DNA from: Methylobacillus sp.
GTDB lineage: Bacteria > Pseudomonadota > Gammaproteobacteria > Burkholderiales > Methylophilaceae
Direction of reading: 5' to 3'
NCBI RefSeq assembly: GCF_036844465.1
Contig: NZ_DAIUFW010000009.1
Span: 4,839 to 68,838, forward strand
Length of the DNA: 64,000 nucleotides
The notes under the pieces are model-generated. The model saw nothing but the letters and a program-made list of their open reading frames with translations. It had not been told where the DNA came from and ran no database searches. A program made the translations under genes and the position numbers. Positions 44,817-52,474 of the stretch are shown in pieces (the first letter of the stretch is position 1; each line of letters starts with the position of its first letter).

Positions 44817-45142
44817 AGGTGAAGTTCAGCAAGGGCTACAAGATGGCCTCGAGCTCGGTAGCCACTGCCGGATACGACGTCCTCAAGCAAAGGCTGGGTG
44901 TTGTGTTCTCAAGCGGCAGCGGCTACGTCTACGATGGTGTATCTCAAAACGTATGGGCCGCTTGGAAGAAGTCCTCCAGTAGGGGGAAGTACTTCAGCGA
45001 GAACATCCGCTCGAACTATGCTGGCACCGAGGCGGAGATCTCCTTTTCCACCTTGCGGAACCTGGATGAGTCATCAGTGATTCAGTACACGGCAGAGGAC
45101 TATATGCTGCCAGAAGATGCTGTGTCCGAAGCCTGGTTCTAG
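44813..45142 (+). CDS. KTSC-domain protein
   Basis: GYVYDGVSQNVWAAWKKSSSRGKYFSENIRSNY. Confidence 0.65.
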   Translation: MKVKFSKGYKMASSSVATAGYDVLKQRLGVVFSSGSGYVYDGVSQNVWAAWKKSSSRGKYFSENIRSNYAGTEAEISFSTLRNLDESSVIQYTAEDYMLPEDAVSEAWF

Positions 45143-45150
45143 CACCCACT

Positions 45151-45190
45151 CGCCCGCCCTCACAAACCACATTGTGAGCGGCGGGCTTTT
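45151..45190 (+). terminator. Intrinsic terminator
   Basis: cgcccgccctcaca / tgtgagcggcggg followed by ctttt. Confidence 0.65.
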
Positions 45191-45205
45191 CATTACTGGC
45201 CTTTG

Positions 45206-45240
45206 ACATCTCTCCTGTGCAGTCTCAACAGGAGCGAAAA
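45206..45240 (+). promoter_or_regulatory. Conserved leader module
   Basis: ACATCTCTCCTGTGCAGTCTCAAC. CUCCUGU (45212-45218) pairs with ACAGGAG (45228-45234). Confidence 0.6.
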
Positions 45241-45504
45241 ATGGAAAACAAGGGCGACACCTATTCGGAAGACTTCAGGCACGTCTGCGAGTGCAAGTCG
45301 TGGGCAAAGAAGGCGCTTCGTCTCAAGAACGAGGGGCAAGTGGATGTTCAGGCATGGTGGGTATCGACTTTCGAGCTCATCAAGAGGTACAGAGGGGGCG
45401 CGGCTGCCGTGCGCCTGGAGAAAGGCGTTCAGGAGTGGCTGCTGACTCGTAAGCAGCAGCTGATGGAGGAGATCGCGAAAGAGCAAAGCCTTGAGGGTGC
45501 CTAG
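45241..45504 (+). CDS. Hypothetical protein
   Basis: ATG 45241 has SD caggag. 87 aa. Confidence 0.5.
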   Translation: MENKGDTYSEDFRHVCECKSWAKKALRLKNEGQVDVQAWWVSTFELIKRYRGGAAAVRLEKGVQEWLLTRKQQLMEEIAKEQSLEGA

Positions 45505-45585
45505 CTCGGTTGTACATTCTGATAGGATTAAAGTAGGTTCATGCAGCGTTGCATGTGAAATTCAATTTTTACCAATCGACGGACT

Positions 45586-45627
45586 GCATCTCACTCGTGC
45601 AGTCCAACTACCTACTAGGAGAATATT
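45586..45627 (+). promoter_or_regulatory. Conserved leader module
   Basis: GCATCTCACTCGTGCAGTCCAAC. Alternative 8-bp hairpin 45581-45588 / 45598-45605. Confidence 0.6.
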
Positions 45628-46164
45628 ATGAGCATCATCACCATCACTTCGGCCCTTCAGGGCGCCATGTTCACCCTCAATGCTGAGGAGAAATCCAAGG
45701 CCCGCGAGATCCCTGTCGGTAAGGGCGTCAAAGCCGCTGTTGTTCTGGCTGGACATTTGTCGGCTCAGGACGTGAGGCAGCAGGACGGATCTTACGCGCC
45801 GGGTGCTTTTGGTCGGCTCCCAATCGAATGTGCCGTCCATGACGGCCGCTACATTATTTCGGTCGCAGGCGGGCTTCGTGGAACCCTTTTCAAGATGACT
45901 GAAGAGGAACGATCGAAAGCGAAGGAGCGTCTCGAGAAGGCGCGCAACAAGGCAGTGCCTGACTCCGACGTGCCGTATTACAACGGCGACCTTGAGGTCG
46001 GCGGCGGCCGCAAAGTCTGGCTTTCCGGCTTCGTTCGCGAAGTTGGCGCCGGCAAAGAGCGTCCCCAGGGCGAGAAGTTCATCAGTCTTCAGACTGGTGA
46101 AGAGAAGGCTGAACGCCAAGGTGGTGCAAAGCAGCAAGTTGCTGCTGATTCACTTCCGATGTAA
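45628..46164 (+). CDS. Hypothetical protein
   Basis: 178 aa with SD taggag. Confidence 0.55.
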   Translation: MSIITITSALQGAMFTLNAEEKSKAREIPVGKGVKAAVVLAGHLSAQDVRQQDGSYAPGAFGRLPIECAVHDGRYIISVAGGLRGTLFKMTEEERSKAKERLEKARNKAVPDSDVPYYNGDLEVGGGRKVWLSGFVREVGAGKERPQGEKFISLQTGEEKAERQGGAKQQVAADSLPM

Positions 46165-46170
46165 TAACCA

Positions 46171-46210
46171 AAACGCACATGCTCATTCTTTGAGTGTGTG
46201 CGTTTTTTTT
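46171..46210 (+). terminator. Intrinsic terminator
   Basis: aaacgcaca / tgtgcgttt followed by a T8 run. Confidence 0.7.
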
Positions 46211-46227
46211 CGTCTGGAGATTTTGAG

Positions 46228-46683
46228 ATGCAGCAGAAAATGAAAATTAAGGTCACAGCGGCTCTGGCTTTAGCCTTGGCTGCGCTTGCTATGGGGTGCG
46301 CTTCGATGACCAAAGACACACAAGGCCGCGACCTGGTCTATCTGCAAGAGGTGAAATTCGACGTAAGTAACCCTGATCTCGGACTGTTTGTTCCCTGGTT
46401 CAAGGTGCCGGTTGATGCGGTCGTCAAGGTTGGAGTCGGTGCGTTTGCTGGGACAAAAGTCGCGTCGGCGCTTGAGGCGAAGAAGGAAGTTCCTGAGGTG
46501 TTCATCACCTATTCGAAAAAGGAAGGTGAGATCAGCCTCGCCAATGTGGGACATAACTTCTCTCGGCCTGTCTGGGAGGGGATGCCCGAGCTCCAGACAA
46601 AACGGTGGTACATCCTTGCCAAAGACGATAAGGGAAAATACCTCATTCCGTGCGATGCCTCCTGCCAGCCTGCAGCGCGTTGA
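46228..46683 (+). CDS. Lipoprotein, unknown function
   Basis: Lipobox LAMGC after MQQKMKIKVTAALALALAA. Confidence 0.6.
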   Translation: MQQKMKIKVTAALALALAALAMGCASMTKDTQGRDLVYLQEVKFDVSNPDLGLFVPWFKVPVDAVVKVGVGAFAGTKVASALEAKKEVPEVFITYSKKEGEISLANVGHNFSRPVWEGMPELQTKRWYILAKDDKGKYLIPCDASCQPAAR

Positions 46684-46715
46684 CGCCTCCCGCACGTTTT
46701 CTTCCTTTAGTACCC

Positions 46716-46759
46716 GCATTTCCTCCCCGCATCACTGACCTTAATAGGAGGAAATCGTT
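46716..46759 (+). promoter_or_regulatory. Conserved leader module (variant with CGCAT)
   Basis: GCATTTCCTCCCCGCATCACTGAC. Perfect 9-bp pairing of AUUUCCUCC (46718-46726) with GGAGGAAAU (46747-46755). Confidence 0.55.
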
Positions 46760-47764
46760 ATGAAGATCGTTAAACTCGACCAGCGTAGCCAGGAGTGGCA
46801 CGACTGGAGGGCAGGAAAGGACATTGACGGCCCGCGAATCACTGCAAGCAACATCGCCGTGATCGCCGGCATCTCGCCCTTCAAGTCGAGGTATCAGTTG
46901 TGGGAAGAGATGACCGGCCGCAGGGAGCCAGACAAGATGAACCCTGCTATGGCGCATGGCGTAGAGACGGAAGATGAGGCTTTGGCTGCCTGGATTCAGG
47001 ATCATGGCGATTATGCCCAGCCGTGCTGCATCGAACATGATGGCATTCCGTGGGTTGCTGCCAGTCTCGATGGTTTGACCTTGACGGGCACAAAAGCCGT
47101 TGAGATCAAGTGCCCATACTCCCGCTACGGGGATGCGCCGAAGCTATGGGTTTCCGCGCAAGCCGGTGAAATCCCTGCTTACTATCTCGCCCAGATGCAG
47201 TGGCAGATGTTTGCATCGAATGGCGAGATCCTCTCGATGGACTTCTGGGTCTATTGGGCGGGGAAGGGGATCAAGATCCCCGTGCAGTCTGATCCGCTGG
47301 AGCAGCAGCGTTTGTACGCTGAAGCAAAGACTTTCAGGGAGGCTGTCATCAACGATGACATCCCTGCGACCGATGCTTGGATCGATGCAGCAAGTGCATG
47401 GCGTCAAGCGAAGCTTGAGTACGACATGGCAAAAGAAACCCTCGATGCGCGTGCAAAAGACATCGAGAACCTTCTTGCAGCTAATGGAGAGTCGTCGTAC
47501 GAAGGTTGCGGCATCGTCGCCACCAAGTACTCAAGCAAGGGAGCGGTGGATTACGGCGCGCTTTTCGAGAGCGTGAAGGAGCACCACGGCATCGATCTCG
47601 TTATGCTTGCTGAGCAGTTCCGCAAGGATGACTCTGAGCGATTCAAGATCACTTTGCAGAAGAAGGCTCCTGCGGCAAAAGCTTCTACGAAGCGAACGAC
47701 AGAGGCTGAGATTGAAATCGCTGATGCAATGCTTCAGAGTGCAGCAGAGGAAGCTTGGTTCTAG
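46760..47764 (+). CDS. YqaJ-like (lambda Exo-type PD-(D/E)xK) exonuclease
   Basis: RSQEWHDWRAGKDIDGPRITASNIAVIAG...YQLWEEMTG...ASLDGL...VEIKCP. Confidence 0.8.
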   Translation: MKIVKLDQRSQEWHDWRAGKDIDGPRITASNIAVIAGISPFKSRYQLWEEMTGRREPDKMNPAMAHGVETEDEALAAWIQDHGDYAQPCCIEHDGIPWVAASLDGLTLTGTKAVEIKCPYSRYGDAPKLWVSAQAGEIPAYYLAQMQWQMFASNGEILSMDFWVYWAGKGIKIPVQSDPLEQQRLYAEAKTFREAVINDDIPATDAWIDAASAWRQAKLEYDMAKETLDARAKDIENLLAANGESSYEGCGIVATKYSSKGAVDYGALFESVKEHHGIDLVMLAEQFRKDDSERFKITLQKKAPAAKASTKRTTEAEIEIADAMLQSAAEEAWF

Positions 47765-47770
47765 AAACCT

Positions 47771-47811
47771 AACCCCGTCACAAGCCTGTATTGCTTGTGA
47801 CGGGGTTTTTT
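47771..47811 (+). terminator. Intrinsic terminator
   Basis: aaccccgtcacaagc / gcttgtgacggggtt followed by a T-run. Confidence 0.8.
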
Positions 47812-47859
47812 GTTGCTCTGCGGGTATCTCGTTGCACCGCGATAAAAACTATATGCGGT

Positions 47860-48387
47860 TCATTCGCCGGAAGAGCTCTGTTCTGCGTCGGCGTCTTTCT
47901 TCTTCGTCCGAGATCTCTTTGTCTTGGGCTCTTCAATAACCCACTCTTTTCGCTGTATCTTTCTAAGTATCTCAGTTTCGTACATTCTTTCGTAGATCAT
48001 GCAGATAAAGAATTTTGTTCTGTCCGAAAGGATGTCCCACTCGTCCTTGCTTGGAGCAAACTGACTTACGGTTGGGTCTTCACTTATCTTTTGAATAGTA
48101 AGACGCATCCGATCCCCAAGATCCTGCTCAATCAGGAAGTCGTTGGGTTCCAAAATCTCGGCCAGGATATAAACATCGACCGTACTTACTCCAAGCCATT
48201 CCGCAAGAAGGCGCTTGGCTTCATCAGACATGCTCTGAATCGGCCTTGTTCCTGAAAGCATTGCTTGGAAATAAGGCGGAGAAAGATTGATTGCAGCTGC
48301 GGCGTCTTGTGTTGTTACGCCCAACTCCCATTTACGTTTATGAATGGCGTCAATCAGCGGCTTCCCCTTGGGGATATCCTTGGTCAT
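47860..48387 (-). CDS. XRE-family HTH regulator with C-terminal domain
   Basis: WELGVTTQDAAAAINLSPPYFQAMLSGTRP. Start trimmed to ATG 48387. Divergent from the 48776 gene. Confidence 0.6.
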   Translation of the reverse strand: MTKDIPKGKPLIDAIHKRKWELGVTTQDAAAAINLSPPYFQAMLSGTRPIQSMSDEAKRLLAEWLGVSTVDVYILAEILEPNDFLIEQDLGDRMRLTIQKISEDPTVSQFAPSKDEWDILSDRTKFFICMIYERMYETEILRKIQRKEWVIEEPKTKRSRTKKKDADAEQSSSGE

Positions 48388-48775
48388 GTTATTTCCGATG
48401 TTAAGTCTTTGGGTCGAATTCTCTCTTGGTGGATTGGGATGCATGTAGTACCGATGCAAAAAAACAGGCTCCCGTCCGGAAACGGCCTGTACGGTCTTGC
48501 ATTGGTTCCTTGTTTTCCATCACACCTTGCGTTCTGCATGGTCATTGTATGCGCAAAAAAGGCGCTCTGTGCTTCCTTCCTTCGTCTGAAAGGAAGGATT
48601 TTTCTTCAGCTTGTAGCGTTTGGTTACGACGTCGGCGCCGATCCGATTATCACAGATACGCACAGTTTGCAACTGGTTCCTGCGAGTATGCCCTGGATTG
48701 CTTGCAATCTGGTGGCGTCGAGTTATCATCTATCCTAGATGTAACACTTCCGATGCCACGAAATAGGGAATCATC

Positions 48776-49735
48776 ATGCTTTCACAAGAGCGCAGACGTA
48801 TCGCAGCCCTGTACCAGTACCCTGACGGCTTCTTGAATGTGGGGTGGTTCGCTGGGTATCTGCGACGCAAGGCAGGAGATGGTCGTCACTTCCAGATCCA
48901 GCAGACCAACCTGGATAACCATAACCTCGACCTTGTTCTGCGAAAGAACGACGAGATCCCGCCTCAGTTTCACGATCTGAAGCCGCTTCGAGCGATCTGC
49001 AACCTGACCGGTAAGATCATCGGCGAAGACCCTGTGACGAAGGAGCCGATTCGGACTGTTGTTGCGACCGCAGTCGGCTTCGATGTGGCAACCGTTCTCG
49101 ACATGCCGATCGATTCGGCGTTTGACAAGATTCCAGTGGCAGGTGCCCCGACGACGAACTTCGAGGACCACGGCGTCAAGCTCTTTAGCGGCAGGGACGA
49201 CAAGCTTTCTGACTCGAGCAATATGGTCCGTCTGGCCGGCATCATCGCTGCGACACGCTTCCGGGCCCCGAACCCTGAAAAGGGAATTCGAGCGCGATGC
49301 GAGATTCTGCTCAGACAAAAAGAGGATGAGTCTCAACTGATCCCGGTTCGCTACTACGGGCGTTTGGCATCGGCTGTGTATGAGCGCGTGATGCGCGGCG
49401 CCGCATGTGAGATCGTTGGCCGGCTACTGGCCGACGTGAAAAGGACGGGAGAGCCGATTGATCCTGAAACGGGCATTGAGCCCGTACGGAAAATCCATTT
49501 CATTGAATGTACAACCGCGCCTGGGGTAACGACCAAGAATGAAATCAAGGTCACTCCGGAGTGGATGGTCAAGATGCGCCAAGAGCTTCAGGACTCCCAG
49601 CGCCAACGCGCGGAAGCGCGAGCTCGCCGGATTGAGCAACAGAAGGCAGCCTTGTTGGCCGGGGGCGGTTCGAAGCAGTCTCCGGTGGCCGAAGTGAGTG
49701 ACGCAGAGGCGCAAGCGCTTTTCGATACGCTTTGA
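48776..49735 (+). CDS. Putative ssDNA-binding protein with SSB-like OB-fold pattern(s)
   Basis: VRLAGIIAATRFR...IPVRYYGRLASAVYERVMRGAACEIVGRLL resembles an SSB OB fold. Coiled-coil and acidic C-terminal tail. Confidence 0.4.
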   Translation: MLSQERRRIAALYQYPDGFLNVGWFAGYLRRKAGDGRHFQIQQTNLDNHNLDLVLRKNDEIPPQFHDLKPLRAICNLTGKIIGEDPVTKEPIRTVVATAVGFDVATVLDMPIDSAFDKIPVAGAPTTNFEDHGVKLFSGRDDKLSDSSNMVRLAGIIAATRFRAPNPEKGIRARCEILLRQKEDESQLIPVRYYGRLASAVYERVMRGAACEIVGRLLADVKRTGEPIDPETGIEPVRKIHFIECTTAPGVTTKNEIKVTPEWMVKMRQELQDSQRQRAEARARRIEQQKAALLAGGGSKQSPVAEVSDAEAQALFDTL

Positions 49736-49754
49736 GAAAGGTTGGTTTTGAGAC

Positions 49755-49790
49755 AAGGGGGCGCCGGTTTATCGGCTAGGCCCCCTTTTT
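49755..49790 (+). terminator. Intrinsic terminator
   Basis: aagggggc ... gccccctt followed by a T-run. Confidence 0.6.
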
Positions 49791-49810
49791 CATTTTTCGG
49801 GTTGTGTGGA

Positions 49811-51940
49811 ATGCGCTACAAACTTGTCCAGTCCGTTGCCTTGGTGACTTCATTCTGGTGGTTTTGCCTAACGCTCTATGGGCTATTTGATGGCTCATGG
49901 AATGGAACAGAAGAACTGTCTAGCTACGTGCTAGAGGCAGGGTCTTCCATCAGTCTTGCCATCTTCATCGCCATTGGCATAGTCGTTTCTGCCTACATCA
50001 TTAACGAATATCTTTTGAGCAAGTATTTAAAGGGGAAAAGGGTTCGTGGTTTGAGCTGCTCCCTTGGGGCACCTCCCATTCCTCCATATCACATCCCCAT
50101 GGCGCAGAACGTTCCACAAAAAACGGGGAGGGATTCAGTTGATCGGTGGCTTTCATATCTCAAGAGAGCGCACCCCGAACATTACCGTCTCGCAAAGCAG
50201 ATTCTTCGCATCCTGCTATCTGACCCGAAGATGCCTGCGTCTCACGTTCGCGGAGGTCATGGAGGAAAAACTCTGTGGGAACATTCGCTGTTGGTCTGCG
50301 AAAGAGCGATCGTTATCGCGCCTACTTGGACCTATGAGGGATTGAAGACGCCGAAGGGTGATTTGGTGACAGCCCTCCGGGACACCAGCTACACCTTTGA
50401 TCCCGCGGACCCCCTAGTAGGTATCATCGCGCTCGCTCATGATATTGGGAAGCTAAAAACCTTCCTGCGCGATCCCAAGACGGGTGAAGTCCTTAAAGAA
50501 ACTCACGAGCACGATAGCGTCTCAGCGCTTATGGTGACAAAACTCGACGAGTTTTGGCAGATCCCACGAAGCGACCAGGAGGCAATTCTTGGAGCTGTCG
50601 GGTACTACCATCGGCCCCAGTCTTTCCCGCTCGATAAGGGGCAGCGTGCATATGACGACCGTACGCACGCCTTGATGGAGCTACTGATTGCGGCAGATCG
50701 GTCCGCAGGCCAAATCGAATCTGGCATAGCTCCATCGGTTCAAACCGGACAGCAAACGGTGGAATTCATGACTCGCCTTTGGGCGGCTTTTCAGGAGCTT
50801 ACTTCCGAACCTGGTCGCGTCAATGGGAGTAACAAGGCGCAAACTATAGGCCAGAAGAGAGGTGAGATCGTTGTTTTCAAAGAGCGTGAACTTCTCCGGT
50901 TTCTCGGCCAAAAGCTGGCCGTCAATCCAACTGAAGACCTGAAGAGGGCTCTCCTCGAAGTGCTTGCTGACCAGGAAGTTTTGTTCGACCCTAACCCGAA
51001 CATGCGTTCCTCATCAAATCCTGCGCCTCCGCTCAGAACCTATTCGGTTTCGTTCTTTAATGCTTCGAACGGGAAGCATGTGGCAACGTGGCGTGGTGCT
51101 GTTGTGATCATGCCAAAACACATCCTCCCCGGGCTCTCCAGCCTGTTCGACCACCCTGCGCTTTTTGAGGTCCACACTGAAGATGCGCATCTTCCCGCTG
51201 AGGGCATCGGGCAAGACAACTCGGCTGTAGCTCAAGTCAATGACGGCGGCGCACAAGATCAAGCGCCTGCGGAGGCTTCCTCTCCTGCGGCTGAAGTGAA
51301 GCCAAACAATGCCCAGGAAAAGGTAGCACCAGACGGGGCATCATCCCTTTCTGAAGAACCCGCTGAACAAACATCTGCCGCTGTTAGTGCAGCTCTCGAC
51401 AATTTCATCTCAGGTGAAAGAGGTGCCATTCAGAACGAAAGCTTTGAGAACGATCTTGAGATGACTGACGAGGAAGGTGGCCTCTCTGGGGCCAACGAGG
51501 CTTCTGATCAACCTGGAAGCGATGATGTCCTCGATGAGGATGTGATGCATGAGCTTTCGAAAGTCATCGAAAAGCAGGCTGAAGAAAAAGCGGTAATGAT
51601 CGTTGAAAAGGAAGATGAGATGGATCGCGAGCGCAAAGAAAAGCAGTTGAAAAAACTACGAAAAAAAGATAAAGAAAAACTAAGTGCGTTCGCAGAAGAG
51701 TGTCAAGGCAATATTAAAGATCAGCCGGAGGCGCTTGCTTTGGTTCTCAAAGCGATGCAAGGTAAGCCGTATTTAGAAAAGCGCGGATTAAAATGGTACA
51801 AAGCGGCTGATTTGGGTTTAACGGACGAACAGTTTTCTGTGTTAGCAGAAAATGCAGCGCCGGGTTTTATTGAGTTGGGTAAGAACAAAGACGGTCAGTT
51901 AGTTTGGATTGCTGTTTCGGAGGCCTTATGCGCAAGCTAG
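49811..51940 (+). CDS. traI: MobH-family (HD-domain, SXT/PFGI-1 TraI-like) relaxase with N-terminal TM segments
   Basis: HD-domain signature HGGKTLWEHSLLV, ALAHDIGK, HEHDS. Acidic and lysine-rich C-terminal region. Start set at ATG 49811. Confidence 0.75.
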   Translation: MRYKLVQSVALVTSFWWFCLTLYGLFDGSWNGTEELSSYVLEAGSSISLAIFIAIGIVVSAYIINEYLLSKYLKGKRVRGLSCSLGAPPIPPYHIPMAQNVPQKTGRDSVDRWLSYLKRAHPEHYRLAKQILRILLSDPKMPASHVRGGHGGKTLWEHSLLVCERAIVIAPTWTYEGLKTPKGDLVTALRDTSYTFDPADPLVGIIALAHDIGKLKTFLRDPKTGEVLKETHEHDSVSALMVTKLDEFWQIPRSDQEAILGAVGYYHRPQSFPLDKGQRAYDDRTHALMELLIAADRSAGQIESGIAPSVQTGQQTVEFMTRLWAAFQELTSEPGRVNGSNKAQTIGQKRGEIVVFKERELLRFLGQKLAVNPTEDLKRALLEVLADQEVLFDPNPNMRSSSNPAPPLRTYSVSFFNASNGKHVATWRGAVVIMPKHILPGLSSLFDHPALFEVHTEDAHLPAEGIGQDNSAVAQVNDGGAQDQAPAEASSPAAEVKPNNAQEKVAPDGASSLSEEPAEQTSAAVSAALDNFISGERGAIQNESFENDLEMTDEEGGLSGANEASDQPGSDDVLDEDVMHELSKVIEKQAEEKAVMIVEKEDEMDRERKEKQLKKLRKKDKEKLSAFAEECQGNIKDQPEALALVLKAMQGKPYLEKRGLKWYKAADLGLTDEQFSVLAENAAPGFIELGKNKDGQLVWIAVSEALCAS

Positions 51941-52425
51941 TCTATTTTGCCGGTCCCGACTTATTCTTTGCGGGCTATCGAAGGAAGAAAGAGTTTTTAA
52001 GGGAGGTGTGTGAGGCGAAAAATATATACCCTCTTTTTCCCGGCGATGATGAGATCAGCGATCCGAATGTTATTTTCAGGGAAAATGTAGCGAAAATACG
52101 CGAAGCCCATGTGGTGATTGCAAACCTGAAGCCCTTCAGAAGCTCAATCGAACCGGATTCCGGAACTGCTTTTGAGTGCGGACTTGCCTGGAGTTCTGGT
52201 ATCCCTGTGATTGGGATATGTCAGGATCGGCGACCAATGATGTTGAGAATTGACCCGTCTACCCATCTTTGCAATGACGAGGGGTTGTTGACCTGCTCGG
52301 ATGGCGCAGTGATCGAAAACTTTGGCTTTCCCGTGAACCTGATGCTGGCTACGTGTGCGACCGCCATCGTTACGACTGTAGTAGACGCGATTAACTTGGC
52401 TGCTCGTCTCGAGTTGCCTTCATAG
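51928..52425 (+). CDS. Nucleoside 2-deoxyribosyltransferase-like protein
   Basis: VYFAGPDLFF ... EPDSGTAFECGLAW. The start overlaps the relaxase 3' end by 13 nt. Confidence 0.7.
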   Translation: MRKLVYFAGPDLFFAGYRRKKEFLREVCEAKNIYPLFPGDDEISDPNVIFRENVAKIREAHVVIANLKPFRSSIEPDSGTAFECGLAWSSGIPVIGICQDRRPMMLRIDPSTHLCNDEGLLTCSDGAVIENFGFPVNLMLATCATAIVTTVVDAINLAARLELPS

Positions 52426-52435
52426 AACGCTCGCC

Positions 52436-52474
52436 GCATCTCGCTCCTGCAGCCGTAACCAACAGGAGTCTGAA
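52436..52474 (+). promoter_or_regulatory. Conserved leader module
   Basis: GCATCTCGCTCCTGCAGCCGTAAC. CUCCUG (52444-52449) pairs with CAGGAG (52463-52468). Confidence 0.6.

Noticed and set aside
48265-48836. Two overlapping plus-strand ORFs (157 and 136 aa) in the regulator/48776 divergent region.
   Set aside because: They are Cys/Arg-rich with no SD. They overlap the 5' end of the XRE gene and the intergenic control region.
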